DNA of 64,000 nucleotides from Candidatus Gottesmanbacteria bacterium (GTDB lineage Bacteria; Patescibacteriota; Microgenomatia; UBA10105; UBA927): NCBI GenBank assembly GCA_023245335.1, contig JAHFKK010000001.1, positions 81,918 to 145,917 of the forward strand, read 5' to 3'. Shown piece by piece: positions 49,204 to 58,400 of this stretch (position 1 is its first letter; each line of letters starts with the position of its first letter). The notes under the pieces were generated by a model. It saw only the letters and a program-made list of their open reading frames with translations, ran no database searches and was not told where the DNA came from. The position numbers and the translations under genes were made by a program.

Positions 49204-51183
49204 CTAACTTTTGGGTGTCGCCGTAGCGGCGAAAAATACCTGTCGGTTCCCGAGCGAGGCTGACTCTCTGTCCGTGGGTGTATTGATCTCACGGAAATCA
49301 ACGATTTTTTCGGCTATGGCTTCGAAGCTGGGGTCGTGTGTCACTGCGACAACCGTCATATCCGGTCGTTTACGACGCATTTCTTGAATAATTTCCAACA
49401 CCTGTTTTGCCGATTCCTGATCCAGGTTTGATGTCGGCTCATCTAAAAACAACACGTTTGGATCCTTAAGAAGTGCGCGTGCGATGCCAATCCTTCGAAG
49501 TTCCCCGCCGGAAAAATGCTTTGCCGTACTATCGAGGCGATCAGCAATGTGGTCAAGCTTGAGATCATGAAGCACCTGCAATACTTTTGCATCGGACACC
49601 TGTTGTTTTGTCCAAAGAAGGAGATTGTCGCGAAGCGTCCTGTTCTCAAAATATTGTGGATTCTGGTTGGCATAGGCAAGCTTGGTATACAATGATTGTT
49701 CACCGAATTTCTTGATTTTCGACAGATCGACACCACCGTATAGCACGACTCCCTCCGACGCTCCGTACAATCCGAGAAGGTGCCTCAATAACGTCGTTTT
49801 CCCTGCTCCTGACGGTCCACGGATCGTAACAAACGATCCCTGCGGTATATCTAACGACACCCCATAAAGAATGTCCTTAAAGTCCAAATGTGATACACGA
49901 ATATCAAAATTCCCAATCGCATCGACAGGAATCCTGATATGCTCGAGCGGACCGACCGGTTTATCCAATAGATCGTACGGGCCCAAAAATTCCTCCATTC
50001 GCCTCACGTCCTGAAGCGCGGGTTGAATTTTTTCCAAAAATACCCGCATGAGCGCGGTCGCGTGCCCTCCGATAGATCGCTGTTTATACCCTATGGTCCG
50101 ATATTGATTGTATGCCATTAATCCTGAGGCAGCCGGGTCGGTGCCGGACTTCACCAATTCCTTAAGGTCAATATATCCAAGTACTAGAGGTATGATTTCT
50201 TCAAACAGCGTATCGAAATAGGCTTCTTGTTGACGGCGGGATATGTGTTTTTTCGTCGATTCGGTAATAATCTCATCCCGTTCCTGCATCGCGTTCCCCA
50301 ATTCGCGAATCGATTCTTCCATCGTCTCTGATGATTTGACCGCCTCAATGCTCTGAAGGGAATTCATCACGCTTGTATCGACGGCATCCTTTTTTCTCAA
50401 TTCTGTCCTCCGGTCGGCAAGGATTTGTTCGGAAAGACTCTTATTTGTCCAGTAGAGAAGTGGTAACCGGAGCATCCCGACAGTTCCGCCCCTCCAATCC
50501 ACATTAAATCCCGCGCTACTTGCCGCCACAATGGACGTAAGGTGGGGAATAATTTCCGTATAGGTCGTAGAAATTATATCCATCGTAGCTTGCTTGCCCC
50601 GATCGAGGATATTGAGTATTTCCGTTGGCGTTTTATCGTGCATAAATTCAAAATCTCGCATGAAAACAGAACTCGCGACGCGGTCGTTTATCGCCCTGCG
50701 TATGGAGAGCGCTTCTTTCTCAAATGCCTTCCGTGCGGCGCCGTCTAGCAGCGTTGCCGATAATTCTCCCACCAACGTACCACACACGATTAACGCCAAC
50801 TTCCCCGCTTCCTTCATGAAGGCAGATCCGTCTCCGTTGGTACCCGCACCGAATTTTTTTGCCTCGCCCAACGTCGAAGCAACGGGTGAATCGGTAAATA
50901 TCCTACGCAAACGCGTATTGATGAATGGACCGGTCAATTGCCGCATCGTCGCGTGCAGCAGCATGACACTCTCCAAGAACCCAAGTTTTAAAGCGTGCGC
51001 ATCTAAACCATAGAGGCGATAGATGGAGGAAAACGTTTCTTGATAGTCCTTAAGCGTTGTCTGTGAAGCCTGCTCACCGTATCCTCCGGTGGGTGAAGCT
51101 AGTTCGGAAGATGTTAGTCTTGCCGGACGTAATGCTTCTTGAGGTACACGCTCGTTCTGGATACGCGGAGTCAGTTTCTCCAT
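49204..51183 (-). CDS. ABC transporter, fused TMD-NBD, paralog 2 of 3.
   Basis: GPSGAGKTTLL, FSGGELRRIGIARALL, LFLDEPTSNLD, VTHD and VFMRDFEFMHDK. Confidence 0.8.
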   Translation of the reverse strand: MEKLTPRIQNERVPQEALRPARLTSSELASPTGGYGEQASQTTLKDYQETFSSIYRLYGLDAHALKLGFLESVMLLHATMRQLTGPFINTRLRRIFTDSPVASTLGEAKKFGAGTNGDGSAFMKEAGKLALIVCGTLVGELSATLLDGAARKAFEKEALSIRRAINDRVASSVFMRDFEFMHDKTPTEILNILDRGKQATMDIISTTYTEIIPHLTSIVAASSAGFNVDWRGGTVGMLRLPLLYWTNKSLSEQILADRRTELRKKDAVDTSVMNSLQSIEAVKSSETMEESIRELGNAMQERDEIITESTKKHISRRQQEAYFDTLFEEIIPLVLGYIDLKELVKSGTDPAASGLMAYNQYRTIGYKQRSIGGHATALMRVFLEKIQPALQDVRRMEEFLGPYDLLDKPVGPLEHIRIPVDAIGNFDIRVSHLDFKDILYGVSLDIPQGSFVTIRGPSGAGKTTLLRHLLGLYGASEGVVLYGGVDLSKIKKFGEQSLYTKLAYANQNPQYFENRTLRDNLLLWTKQQVSDAKVLQVLHDLKLDHIADRLDSTAKHFSGGELRRIGIARALLKDPNVLFLDEPTSNLDQESAKQVLEIIQEMRRKRPDMTVVAVTHDPSFEAIAEKIVDFREINTPTDRESASLGNRQVFFAATATPKS

Positions 51184-51264
51184 ATGCGATAGGCAGTCGC
51201 CATATTAGCACGTCATATCGGTCTATACAATGTGAAGGGATAGCTGAAATATCGGTGTGGGGAT

Positions 51265-53406
51265 CTAAATTTTTTTCGTATCGGAGGCAGCGTAAAATAC
51301 CTGCCTGTTTCCGAGTGCGGCAGCGTTCTGTTCGGAGGGTTTATTTACTGCACGGAAATCTACAATTTTCTCTGCAATAGCCTCAAAATTCGGGTCGTGA
51401 GTGACGGCAATGACCGTCATGTCCGGATGCTTCTTCCTCATCTCACGGACTATATCCAGAACCTGTTTTGCAGATTCCTCGTCCAAGTTGGAGGTAGGCT
51501 CATCCAAAAATAATACTTTCGGGTCTTTCAGGAGTGCTCTTGCTATCCCGATACGTCGTAGCTCGCCACCTGAAAAATGTTTAACCTTGCTGTCCAGCCG
51601 ATCCGCAATGTGATCCAATTTAAGATCATGGAGCGCTTGCCGCAGCGTGACATCCGATGCTTGTTTTACCGTCCAGAGCTGCAAATTCTCCCGAAGCGTC
51701 ATATTTTCGAAATATTGCGGATTCTGGTTGGCATAGGCAAGCTTTGAGTAAATCGAGTGTTCGCCGTATTTTTTAATACTCCCTAAATCCTTACCGCCGT
51801 ATTGCACGGCGCCCTCCGGTGCCGAAAACAGTCCTAGCATATGCCGCATAAACGTCGTCTTCCCTATTCCTGACGGACCTTTGATCGTCACGAACGCCCC
51901 CTGCGGGATATCCATAGAAACATTATGCAGAATATTTTTAAACTGCAGATTCCGTATCGATATATCAAACCGTTTCAGGTCCTCTACCGGTATTCGTGCT
52001 TTTTCCTTCGGCCCCTCAGGCGTGTCTACCTGGTCAAACGGACCCAATAATTCATCCATCCGTTTTATATCCTGAAGTGCCGGCTGAATCTGATCGGTAT
52101 ATGTGTGCACCATAGATTCGATAACGTTCTTATTTATCATTTCCATCGCATAGGTACTTATCATCGCCGCCGTCACCTGACCTGCAGCGAACCCCTGCTC
52201 ATCCGGTTGAGTGGGATGTATCAATGACTTCGCATGCATGATAGCTTCCCACCCCGCTGCAACAACCGGTATGGCAAATGTATACGCCAAACCGGTCCTG
52301 CCCTGCCGCACGTCTCGGGCGCTCTGCTGTGATTTTGCAAGCTGTTCTACTGTGTCGCTTCTGGCCATATTGTCCTGAAGCTCTTTCATCGCATTTGTCA
52401 TGCTGTCGGTCGTGCGGACCACTTCCAGACTTTGCAGCGACGACAAAATCCTGGCATCGATCAGGTCTTTACGCTTCAGACTTTCTGCACGGTCTTTCAG
52501 AATGTCCCGCGCCATTTGTTCGCTCCCCCGCGCAATCATTGGTATCCGCAATAATGAAATAATTCCGGCAGGAGGCGCAAAAAGCGCCTCAGTTCCGACG
52601 GTCATTCCGACAGTCGCAAGCCCGGGCACGATATCTTTATACGTCGTCCGCATGAGTGCAATCGTTGAGTCTTTGCCCTGATTGACGATATTCATAATTT
52701 CTGACGCAGATTTATCGTGAATAAATTCGAAATCCCGCATAAATACGGACTGGGAAACGCGGGTATTTATGGCACCACGCAGCTTCACGACGCTCTCTTC
52801 AAATTGTTTGTTTACTCGCTCCCCGGTCACAAACGGCGGAATCATTCCAAAAATATACACAAGAGGTAGCGCGCCACGGAGGGTAGCAAGCCCATGTAGT
52901 ATTCGTTTCCCTAATTGCTTTTCGCTTAAAACATGGGCAGCTTCCTTGGCAGTGTATGGTAATCCGGATAAGGAGCTCATACCTGCAAAAGCCAAGTTTA
53001 ACAGGACTGAATTATTCCGTACTTTATGAGCGGCGGCATAAAATTCCGGCGCAACTTCACTTAATTTATACGTTTTCTCAATATCCGACACTGCGCTCTG
53101 ATACGTTTTTAGATCCTTTTGCATCTGCGGTGAAAAAACCTTCTCAAGGGTGCGTTTGCCCGTATCACTGAGTGCTTCTTCTATTTTGTCGCTTATAGAA
53201 CGCTTCGCAGTCTCGGGAATCGGCGCACCGTTAGCAGCAAAATCCTTCGTAATGTCATCAAAAAGTACCTTCATCCCCTGCTTTGCAGCGGCTTTATCGC
53301 CGCTTTGCAGTGCGTCTGCGGCCCGTTGGGAATCAGCAAGAACATCAGGGGCAATTAATTTTGGGGATAATTCCTGTTGCTGTGGACGAGGCTTCAACTG
53401 CTCCAT
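51265..53406 (-). CDS. ABC transporter, fused TMD-NBD, paralog 3 of 3.
   Basis: GPSGIGKTTFM, FSGGELRRIGIARALL, LFLDEPTSNLD, VTHD and VFMRDFEFIHDK, with six hydrophobic segments in the N-terminal domain. Confidence 0.8.
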   Translation of the reverse strand: MEQLKPRPQQQELSPKLIAPDVLADSQRAADALQSGDKAAAKQGMKVLFDDITKDFAANGAPIPETAKRSISDKIEEALSDTGKRTLEKVFSPQMQKDLKTYQSAVSDIEKTYKLSEVAPEFYAAAHKVRNNSVLLNLAFAGMSSLSGLPYTAKEAAHVLSEKQLGKRILHGLATLRGALPLVYIFGMIPPFVTGERVNKQFEESVVKLRGAINTRVSQSVFMRDFEFIHDKSASEIMNIVNQGKDSTIALMRTTYKDIVPGLATVGMTVGTEALFAPPAGIISLLRIPMIARGSEQMARDILKDRAESLKRKDLIDARILSSLQSLEVVRTTDSMTNAMKELQDNMARSDTVEQLAKSQQSARDVRQGRTGLAYTFAIPVVAAGWEAIMHAKSLIHPTQPDEQGFAAGQVTAAMISTYAMEMINKNVIESMVHTYTDQIQPALQDIKRMDELLGPFDQVDTPEGPKEKARIPVEDLKRFDISIRNLQFKNILHNVSMDIPQGAFVTIKGPSGIGKTTFMRHMLGLFSAPEGAVQYGGKDLGSIKKYGEHSIYSKLAYANQNPQYFENMTLRENLQLWTVKQASDVTLRQALHDLKLDHIADRLDSKVKHFSGGELRRIGIARALLKDPKVLFLDEPTSNLDEESAKQVLDIVREMRKKHPDMTVIAVTHDPNFEAIAEKIVDFRAVNKPSEQNAAALGNRQVFYAASDTKKI

Positions 53407-53490
53407 AAGATACGTCTAAGCATACCATATAGGCCTACAGAATTCGCGAATTATATGAAGCACCTGCGGAGAAGAGGTGTACAAAAAAAA

Positions 53491-54045
53491 TTATACTGTT
53501 TGGGGAGTCCCCGGTTTTTTACCGATTTTTTTCACAGCTTCAAATACTGCAGTGCCTTTTTCGACAGCAAAATTTCTCGCCTTTCCGGCTAAATCCTTTG
53601 CGTTAATGGGTAAGTCTTTCAGAAAATTATGCGCAGCAAATGCCCCTTTTTCTACTCCTCTTGCCGCTGTATCCAGCTTTAATTTACTGCCTATCTTGGA
53701 CTTTGAAAGTGTATCCGCGAGCCGACCTGCTAATTCAGGTTTCACAACTGCTACAGTAGCGACGGCCAACGTCGCGGTAGTTGCGGCCAATGCGAGCCAG
53801 TGGCCCCGGACGGAACTATCGGCGGACTTGGTGGCATCGGCTTCGATCTGCGCGACAGCCTGCGCGCGCTGTTCATCGGAAAGCCCGTTATTTACGTCGG
53901 TGTATTTTTTCACCAATTCCGCGTTTTTCCTGTACCAGGCTTCTTTGGCCGCGTTTCCAGAAAACGTTTCTTTGATGCGCTGCCCTATTCCTATTTTCGG
54001 TGCTTCCATTCCTATTTCCGACATATATATTTCCTTTTGCTGCAT
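53491..54045 (-). CDS. Variable partner protein C, 184 aa, with an Ala/Thr-rich hydrophobic central segment.
   Basis: Follows small-family gene 54066..54377 by 20 nt. Contains the hydrophobic stretch WLALAATTATLAVATVAVV. Confidence 0.5.
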   Translation of the reverse strand: MQQKEIYMSEIGMEAPKIGIGQRIKETFSGNAAKEAWYRKNAELVKKYTDVNNGLSDEQRAQAVAQIEADATKSADSSVRGHWLALAATTATLAVATVAVVKPELAGRLADTLSKSKIGSKLKLDTAARGVEKGAFAAHNFLKDLPINAKDLAGKARNFAVEKGTAVFEAVKKIGKKPGTPQTV

Positions 54046-54065
54046 AGATGCAGCATATAGTAAAT

Positions 54066-54377
54066 CTAGACCCCTTCTTCCGTCAAGGCCTTATCTACTT
54101 CGCCCAGTATATGCGTCATGAGGTCGTCTATTTCTTTGAGTGCCTGTCCGTCCTTAATGGTGTCTTCTATGAGGGTAGCGTAGCTTTCGACCGTCACGCG
54201 GGTTTTCGGATCCTGGGCCAAATAGTCGAGCTTTTCCTTCGGCATGTACTTCAAAAGCACCGGCCAAACAGTCGCCTGAAGTCCTTCGGAAATCGTGGTA
54301 TACAATTCGCCTTTATCGGCGTCTGAGAGCTTACTTTGCTCTATGCGGGTAACAATTGCCTTTAGTTTATCTTCCAT
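54066..54377 (-). CDS. Conserved small-protein family member, 103 aa.
   Basis: MEDKLKAIVTRIEQSKLSDADKGELYTTISEGLQATVWPVLLKY... is about 60% identical to 54929..55240. Confidence 0.6.
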   Translation of the reverse strand: MEDKLKAIVTRIEQSKLSDADKGELYTTISEGLQATVWPVLLKYMPKEKLDYLAQDPKTRVTVESYATLIEDTIKDGQALKEIDDLMTHILGEVDKALTEEGV

Positions 54378-54428
54378 AATTCGCTCCTTTTCAACCAGTA
54401 TATACTACTCCCCGTTCCACATGCTATC

Positions 54429-54932
54429 TCATGGTTTATTAACGGTAATCCCTGTAATAAACGGTATACCAAGCCCGCTACCGAAAGGTATATCTTTTAC
54501 CCATGATGGTGGCCCCACAGCAGTCTGTAAGTTTAATGTGCCCGGGTTGAATATCCAGTTAAACACTCCTTCAGCGCCTTTTGCAATGGCTTTTGGTGCC
54601 ACATCTGTCACGAACTTCCACATCCCTGCAACTCCGACGTGCGAAATACCATACCACAACCCTAACCCGGCGCCACCGGTCACGATCCAGTTACGAATCA
54701 CGTTCCAATGGGCCTTGTCTGTGGCGGCCTGTTCAAATACCTTTTTCATGTTAGCCCGGGTCTCATCGTTGAATTGACTATACGCGATCCCATATCGGGT
54801 GGCAATTTCTTTTTGTGTGGCGCCTTTGTACGTATACGTCTCCGACAAAAATTTGCCGACTCGGTTCGCGACCCTTTGGACGATTCCCGCTTCACGTTCG
54901 GTTACAACCGGCTGTTCGGATTGTTCACTCAT
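54429..54932 (-). CDS. Variable partner protein B, 167 aa, with a Gly/Trp-rich hydrophobic C-terminal half (glycine-zipper-like).
   Basis: ...NWIVTGGAGLGLWYGISHVGVAGMWKF...FGSGLGIPFITGI. Its start overlaps the stop of the upstream small gene as ATGA. Confidence 0.55.
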   Translation of the reverse strand: MSEQSEQPVVTEREAGIVQRVANRVGKFLSETYTYKGATQKEIATRYGIAYSQFNDETRANMKKVFEQAATDKAHWNVIRNWIVTGGAGLGLWYGISHVGVAGMWKFVTDVAPKAIAKGAEGVFNWIFNPGTLNLQTAVGPPSWVKDIPFGSGLGIPFITGITVNKP

Positions 54933-55240
54933 ATATGCTCCTCCTTGAGAGCAGCATCCACTTCGTCGAGCAATTTATTCATAAGATCTTCCATCTCTGG
55001 TAAGGCCGTGCCGTGATCGACTGCGTCACGGATAAGCGACGCATACCGCTCGACAACGGCTTTGTCATTTGGATTGGTTTCGAGTGCCTTCAGATCTTCT
55101 TCGGACACGTATTTTGCGATGACCGGCCAAATCGTACCCTGAAGTCCCGCGGCTATCGTGGTATACAGTTGCGCTTTCCCCTGATCCGTGAGGCCGGAAT
55201 TTTCTATACGGGTAATAAGTGCGTTGAGTTTATCGTCCAT
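54929..55240 (-). CDS. Conserved small-protein family member, 103 aa.
   Basis: MDDKLNALITRIENSGLTDQGKAQLYTTIAAGLQGTIWPVIAKY... Confidence 0.6.
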   Translation of the reverse strand: MDDKLNALITRIENSGLTDQGKAQLYTTIAAGLQGTIWPVIAKYVSEEDLKALETNPNDKAVVERYASLIRDAVDHGTALPEMEDLMNKLLDEVDAALKEEHI

Positions 55241-55246
55241 ATACTA

Positions 55247-55810
55247 TTACGCCGGAGTTGGCTTGGGCATTTCCTGCCGTGGCTCTCCCCCCTTAAAAAT
55301 ATTATTGACAATCGGCGCGACAGCCTCTGACCCGATAACACCCGCAACATCAGCGAGGCGAGTCGCCGCCCACTCTACCGGACGGAAAACAGCCGTAGCA
55401 CCGACGCCGGCAATGGCCAGTGCTCCATGCTTTATGCTCCCTCCAAGCCATCCGGTTCCCAATGCGTTTTTCGTATATGTATACTCGTGTGTAAGGACCT
55501 TCCATCCGAGTACCAATTCCCCGACCCCCGCCGCATATCGATATATCCGTGCCATATCATAGATCGTCGGCCGCATGGTATCCAAGGCACGTTTGGCCGC
55601 GTTATCATCAAGCCGATCATAGGTTCGCTCAAACGCTGTTGCCATGGCCACTTCCGTTTCTTTCCATATACCTTTGACAGGAAATTCCGAGCCAACCTGC
55701 TTAAGTTCTTTTTTATGTATCTTGCCGCTCTCACGGGAAAGATCGCGGTATTGGATATACTGCATCACTCTATCTTTCGGGCTCTGCGCCATTTCTCCTG
55801 AATGTTCCAT
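55247..55810 (-). CDS. Variable partner protein A, 187 aa, with a Gly/Ala-rich hydrophobic C-terminal region.
   Basis: ...AAGVGELVLGW...LGTGWLGGSIKHGALAIAGVGATAVF...VAGVIGSEAVAPIV. It begins 3 nt after the upstream small gene ends. Confidence 0.55.
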   Translation of the reverse strand: MEHSGEMAQSPKDRVMQYIQYRDLSRESGKIHKKELKQVGSEFPVKGIWKETEVAMATAFERTYDRLDDNAAKRALDTMRPTIYDMARIYRYAAGVGELVLGWKVLTHEYTYTKNALGTGWLGGSIKHGALAIAGVGATAVFRPVEWAATRLADVAGVIGSEAVAPIVNNIFKGGEPRQEMPKPTPA

Positions 55811-55812
55811 AC

Positions 55813-56154
55813 TTACATGCCTCCTTCGGACAGTCCTTTTTCTACGTCGTCTAATACGGCATTTGCCAACATGTTCACCTCCTCATACACCCGTGCATCC
55901 GAAAACGGCTGCTTCATGAGGTGGGTAAATGTTTCTACTGAAACTTTGGACGGATTTTTATCAAGGTCATTAAGTTCCTCTTTTGAGATGTATTTCATGA
56001 GGACCGGGAGGACAATTTGGTGAAGATTGAGGCTGATTTGGGCATATATTTCCTCTTTGTCCTGCACCGAAAGTCCGGACTTTTCTATGCGGATGACGAT
56101 ATCGGTCAACCGCTTTTCCAAGTCGTTCTTTTTTGCATCATTTGTTGTATTCAT
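55813..56154 (-). CDS. Conserved small-protein family member, a divergent copy of about 113 aa from the ATG at 56154. The track start at 56166 is a GTG.
   Basis: MNTTNDAKKNDLEKRLTDIVIRIEKSGLSVQDKEEIYAQISLNLHQIVLPVLMKY... aligns with the family consensus. Confidence 0.55.
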   Translation of the reverse strand: MNTTNDAKKNDLEKRLTDIVIRIEKSGLSVQDKEEIYAQISLNLHQIVLPVLMKYISKEELNDLDKNPSKVSVETFTHLMKQPFSDARVYEEVNMLANAVLDDVEKGLSEGGM

Positions 56155-56169
56155 AACTAAAACCACTGT

Positions 56170-56251
56170 AGCGAATGTATGGCTAGATTGTCAACAAGGG
56201 GCAAGGACAATTGATATACCCATAGTAATCGGCCAACGGTAAATGTGTCAA
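56170..56251 (-). promoter_or_regulatory. Candidate promoter region for the cassette array. Two TTGACA -35 boxes are paired with TACTAT or TACAGT -10 boxes.
   Basis: The minus strand reads gtgccTTGACAcatttaccgttggccgatTACTATggg ... ccTTGTTGACAatctagccatacattcgcTACAGTggttttagttATG. Confidence 0.3.
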
Positions 56252-56268
56252 GGCACAATCACGCCTAT

Positions 56269-57597
56269 TCACTGCATGGCAGCCAAAATCCTACCGAGCG
56301 CAACCACAAATGCTGCGGTCCGCAAATCGATCTTGTATTTGACGGACGCATTCCACACCGCGCCAGCGGCAGATACCATCTTGGCTTTGAGTTTGGCGTT
56401 CACGTATTTTTTCGTCCAATGCTCGCCTTTCAGGTTTTGTTCCCATTCAAAAGCAGAAACGGTGACACCGCCGGAATTACTGAGTATGTCCGGAATGACG
56501 GGAATCCCCTTTTTGTACAGTATGGCGTCCGCTTCCGGGGTGGTCGGACCATTCGCCATTTCCAAAACTACCTTCGCCTTCACACGGCTGGCGTTTTCTT
56601 TCGTCAGCGCATTTTCGAGCGCTGCGGGAACGAGGATGTCTACCGGTAATTCTAAAAGGGCCTCGTTGGTGACCTGTTTTCCTTTACGAAGGTCGCAAAC
56701 CGATCCCGAACAATAGCATCCGGCGAGAAATCCGTTTTTCTTTTTACACGCAAGGGTGAGCGCGGGATTAATCCCGTCAGGAACATAAATACCGCCCTTG
56801 CTGTCTGACACTGCGACAACTTTGAATCCGGTTTCGTCCAAAAATTTCGCGACGTTGTAGCCGACATTCCCAAATCCCTGCACCGCAACAGTGAGTTTCC
56901 TTTTAAGCTTGAGCTTGGCAAGAATTGCTTCGAGGACAAAAAGCCCTCCAAGTCCCGTCGCCTCCTCCCGGCCCTCACTGCCGCCGTCTTTAATAAATTT
57001 TCCGTTATAGGTACCTCGAAATCTTTGTTCATCTGACTTCGACAACTTCTTACCAAATGACTTTGCTTTTTGTCGCTGAACCTTAATGAATTCATCAAGC
57101 AACCATCCCATGATAAGGCCGTTCGTATTGACATCAGGGGCCGGAACGTCTTTATCGGGGCCCACGATATCGGCAAGCGCCCTTCCGTACGCACGGGTTA
57201 GTCGCTCTAATTCATCTACGGAAAGACTCTTAGGGTCAACTATCACCCCTCCCTTTCCTCCCCCAAATGGAATATCCGCAACCGCACACTTCATCACCAT
57301 CCAAAATGACAATGCTTTCACTTCGTCAGGCGTCACGTTATGGTGGTAGCGTATCCCTCCTTTGTATGGACCGCGCGCGTCGTTATACTGAACCCTGAAT
57401 CCTTGAAAAATTTTCTGCGTACCGTCGTCCATGCGGACAGGCAACGTGACGTTCACCGTCCGTTTCGGTTGGCGCAAGATCTCCATTTTCTGCTGCAAAG
57501 ATTTTTTGGCGGCTTTAGAAGCTGTCGTTTTTTCTATAACGGTCGCGGCTTTGGTCAGCTGCGTCATCGCACTTTCAAATGGGTTAATTTTATTCAC
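56269..57597 (-). CDS. gdhA: NAD(P)-specific glutamate dehydrogenase.
   Basis: The Glu/Leu/Phe/Val dehydrogenase signature region is GGIRYHHNVTPDEVKALSFWMVMKCAVADIPFGGGKGGV. The C-terminal Rossmann fold carries GFGNVG. 442 aa. Confidence 0.9.
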   Translation of the reverse strand: MNKINPFESAMTQLTKAATVIEKTTASKAAKKSLQQKMEILRQPKRTVNVTLPVRMDDGTQKIFQGFRVQYNDARGPYKGGIRYHHNVTPDEVKALSFWMVMKCAVADIPFGGGKGGVIVDPKSLSVDELERLTRAYGRALADIVGPDKDVPAPDVNTNGLIMGWLLDEFIKVQRQKAKSFGKKLSKSDEQRFRGTYNGKFIKDGGSEGREEATGLGGLFVLEAILAKLKLKRKLTVAVQGFGNVGYNVAKFLDETGFKVVAVSDSKGGIYVPDGINPALTLACKKKNGFLAGCYCSGSVCDLRKGKQVTNEALLELPVDILVPAALENALTKENASRVKAKVVLEMANGPTTPEADAILYKKGIPVIPDILSNSGGVTVSAFEWEQNLKGEHWTKKYVNAKLKAKMVSAAGAVWNASVKYKIDLRTAAFVVALGRILAAMQ

Positions 57598-57650
57598 AAA
57601 ACCCTCCTTTTATATAAACAAATAATAAATACTCAATTACTGTAATTCAG

Positions 57651-58370
57651 CTAGAAAAATAGCTCCGTTTTGATCTGTTCGTTTAGCACATTTTGCTCTA
57701 ACAACTTCGCGCGGACTTCTTCGATCATCGCCTTGTTTCCGCAGAGATAAAATTCGGATTCCGCGAGTTCTTTTTCCTGATCCAGTACGTTTTCCGTGAC
57801 ATGTCCTTTGAGTCCTTGCCACGTAACACCGGGTCGCGACAATACCTGATGCCAGCTGAAGGTGGGGTGCTGTGCCGCAATCCCGTCGAAATCGTCTTTC
57901 CAGTACGTATCGGCTTCAAACCGGAGTCCCCAATACAATATCATCGGTGTTGTGTCGTGCTTCTCGAATGCGTCCAACATGATCGACCGGAATGGCGCAA
58001 CTCCGGTACCGGTTGCCACCATGACTTTGCGTCTCCCTGACGGAAGAAACGACAATGCCCCGCCGGTTGGGGCGACAATCGTCGCCGGATCGCCCACCCT
58101 TAAGCCCACCGTCCATTTCGATCCCGGACCCATAGGGCTCACGTCGTGCACCATCAATAATTCCGTATTTGAACTTGGCGGAGAAGCTATAGACATCGTG
58201 CGGTTTATGCCGGGCCCGCCCGCCGCCGAGGCAGGCGCTATCATAAGCATCATGTTCTGCCCAGCTTGAAAGGATATGGTCGGAGGAGTTACCAATCTGA
58301 ATGTGACGAGATATATATCCTTCGTCAACTGCTCCTTTTTACTCACGGTAAGGGTGATTTTTTGTGCCAT
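57651..58370 (-). CDS. FAD/NAD(P)-binding oxidoreductase of the ferredoxin-NADP reductase-like (FNR) family.
   Basis: The FAD-binding R.YS-type motif is RTMSIAS and the NAD(P)-binding motif is MVATGTGVAPFRS. 239 aa. Confidence 0.7.
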   Translation of the reverse strand: MAQKITLTVSKKEQLTKDIYLVTFRLVTPPTISFQAGQNMMLMIAPASAAGGPGINRTMSIASPPSSNTELLMVHDVSPMGPGSKWTVGLRVGDPATIVAPTGGALSFLPSGRRKVMVATGTGVAPFRSIMLDAFEKHDTTPMILYWGLRFEADTYWKDDFDGIAAQHPTFSWHQVLSRPGVTWQGLKGHVTENVLDQEKELAESEFYLCGNKAMIEEVRAKLLEQNVLNEQIKTELFF

Positions 58371-58400
58371 ACGAAAAAAGAATGAACATCTTCCTTGGGG

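Noticed and set aside
53477-54121. + strand ORF of 214 aa overlapping partner C and the small-family gene.
   Set aside because: It is antisense to two co-oriented genes with family support, and its composition is low-complexity (Ala/Ser/Phe).
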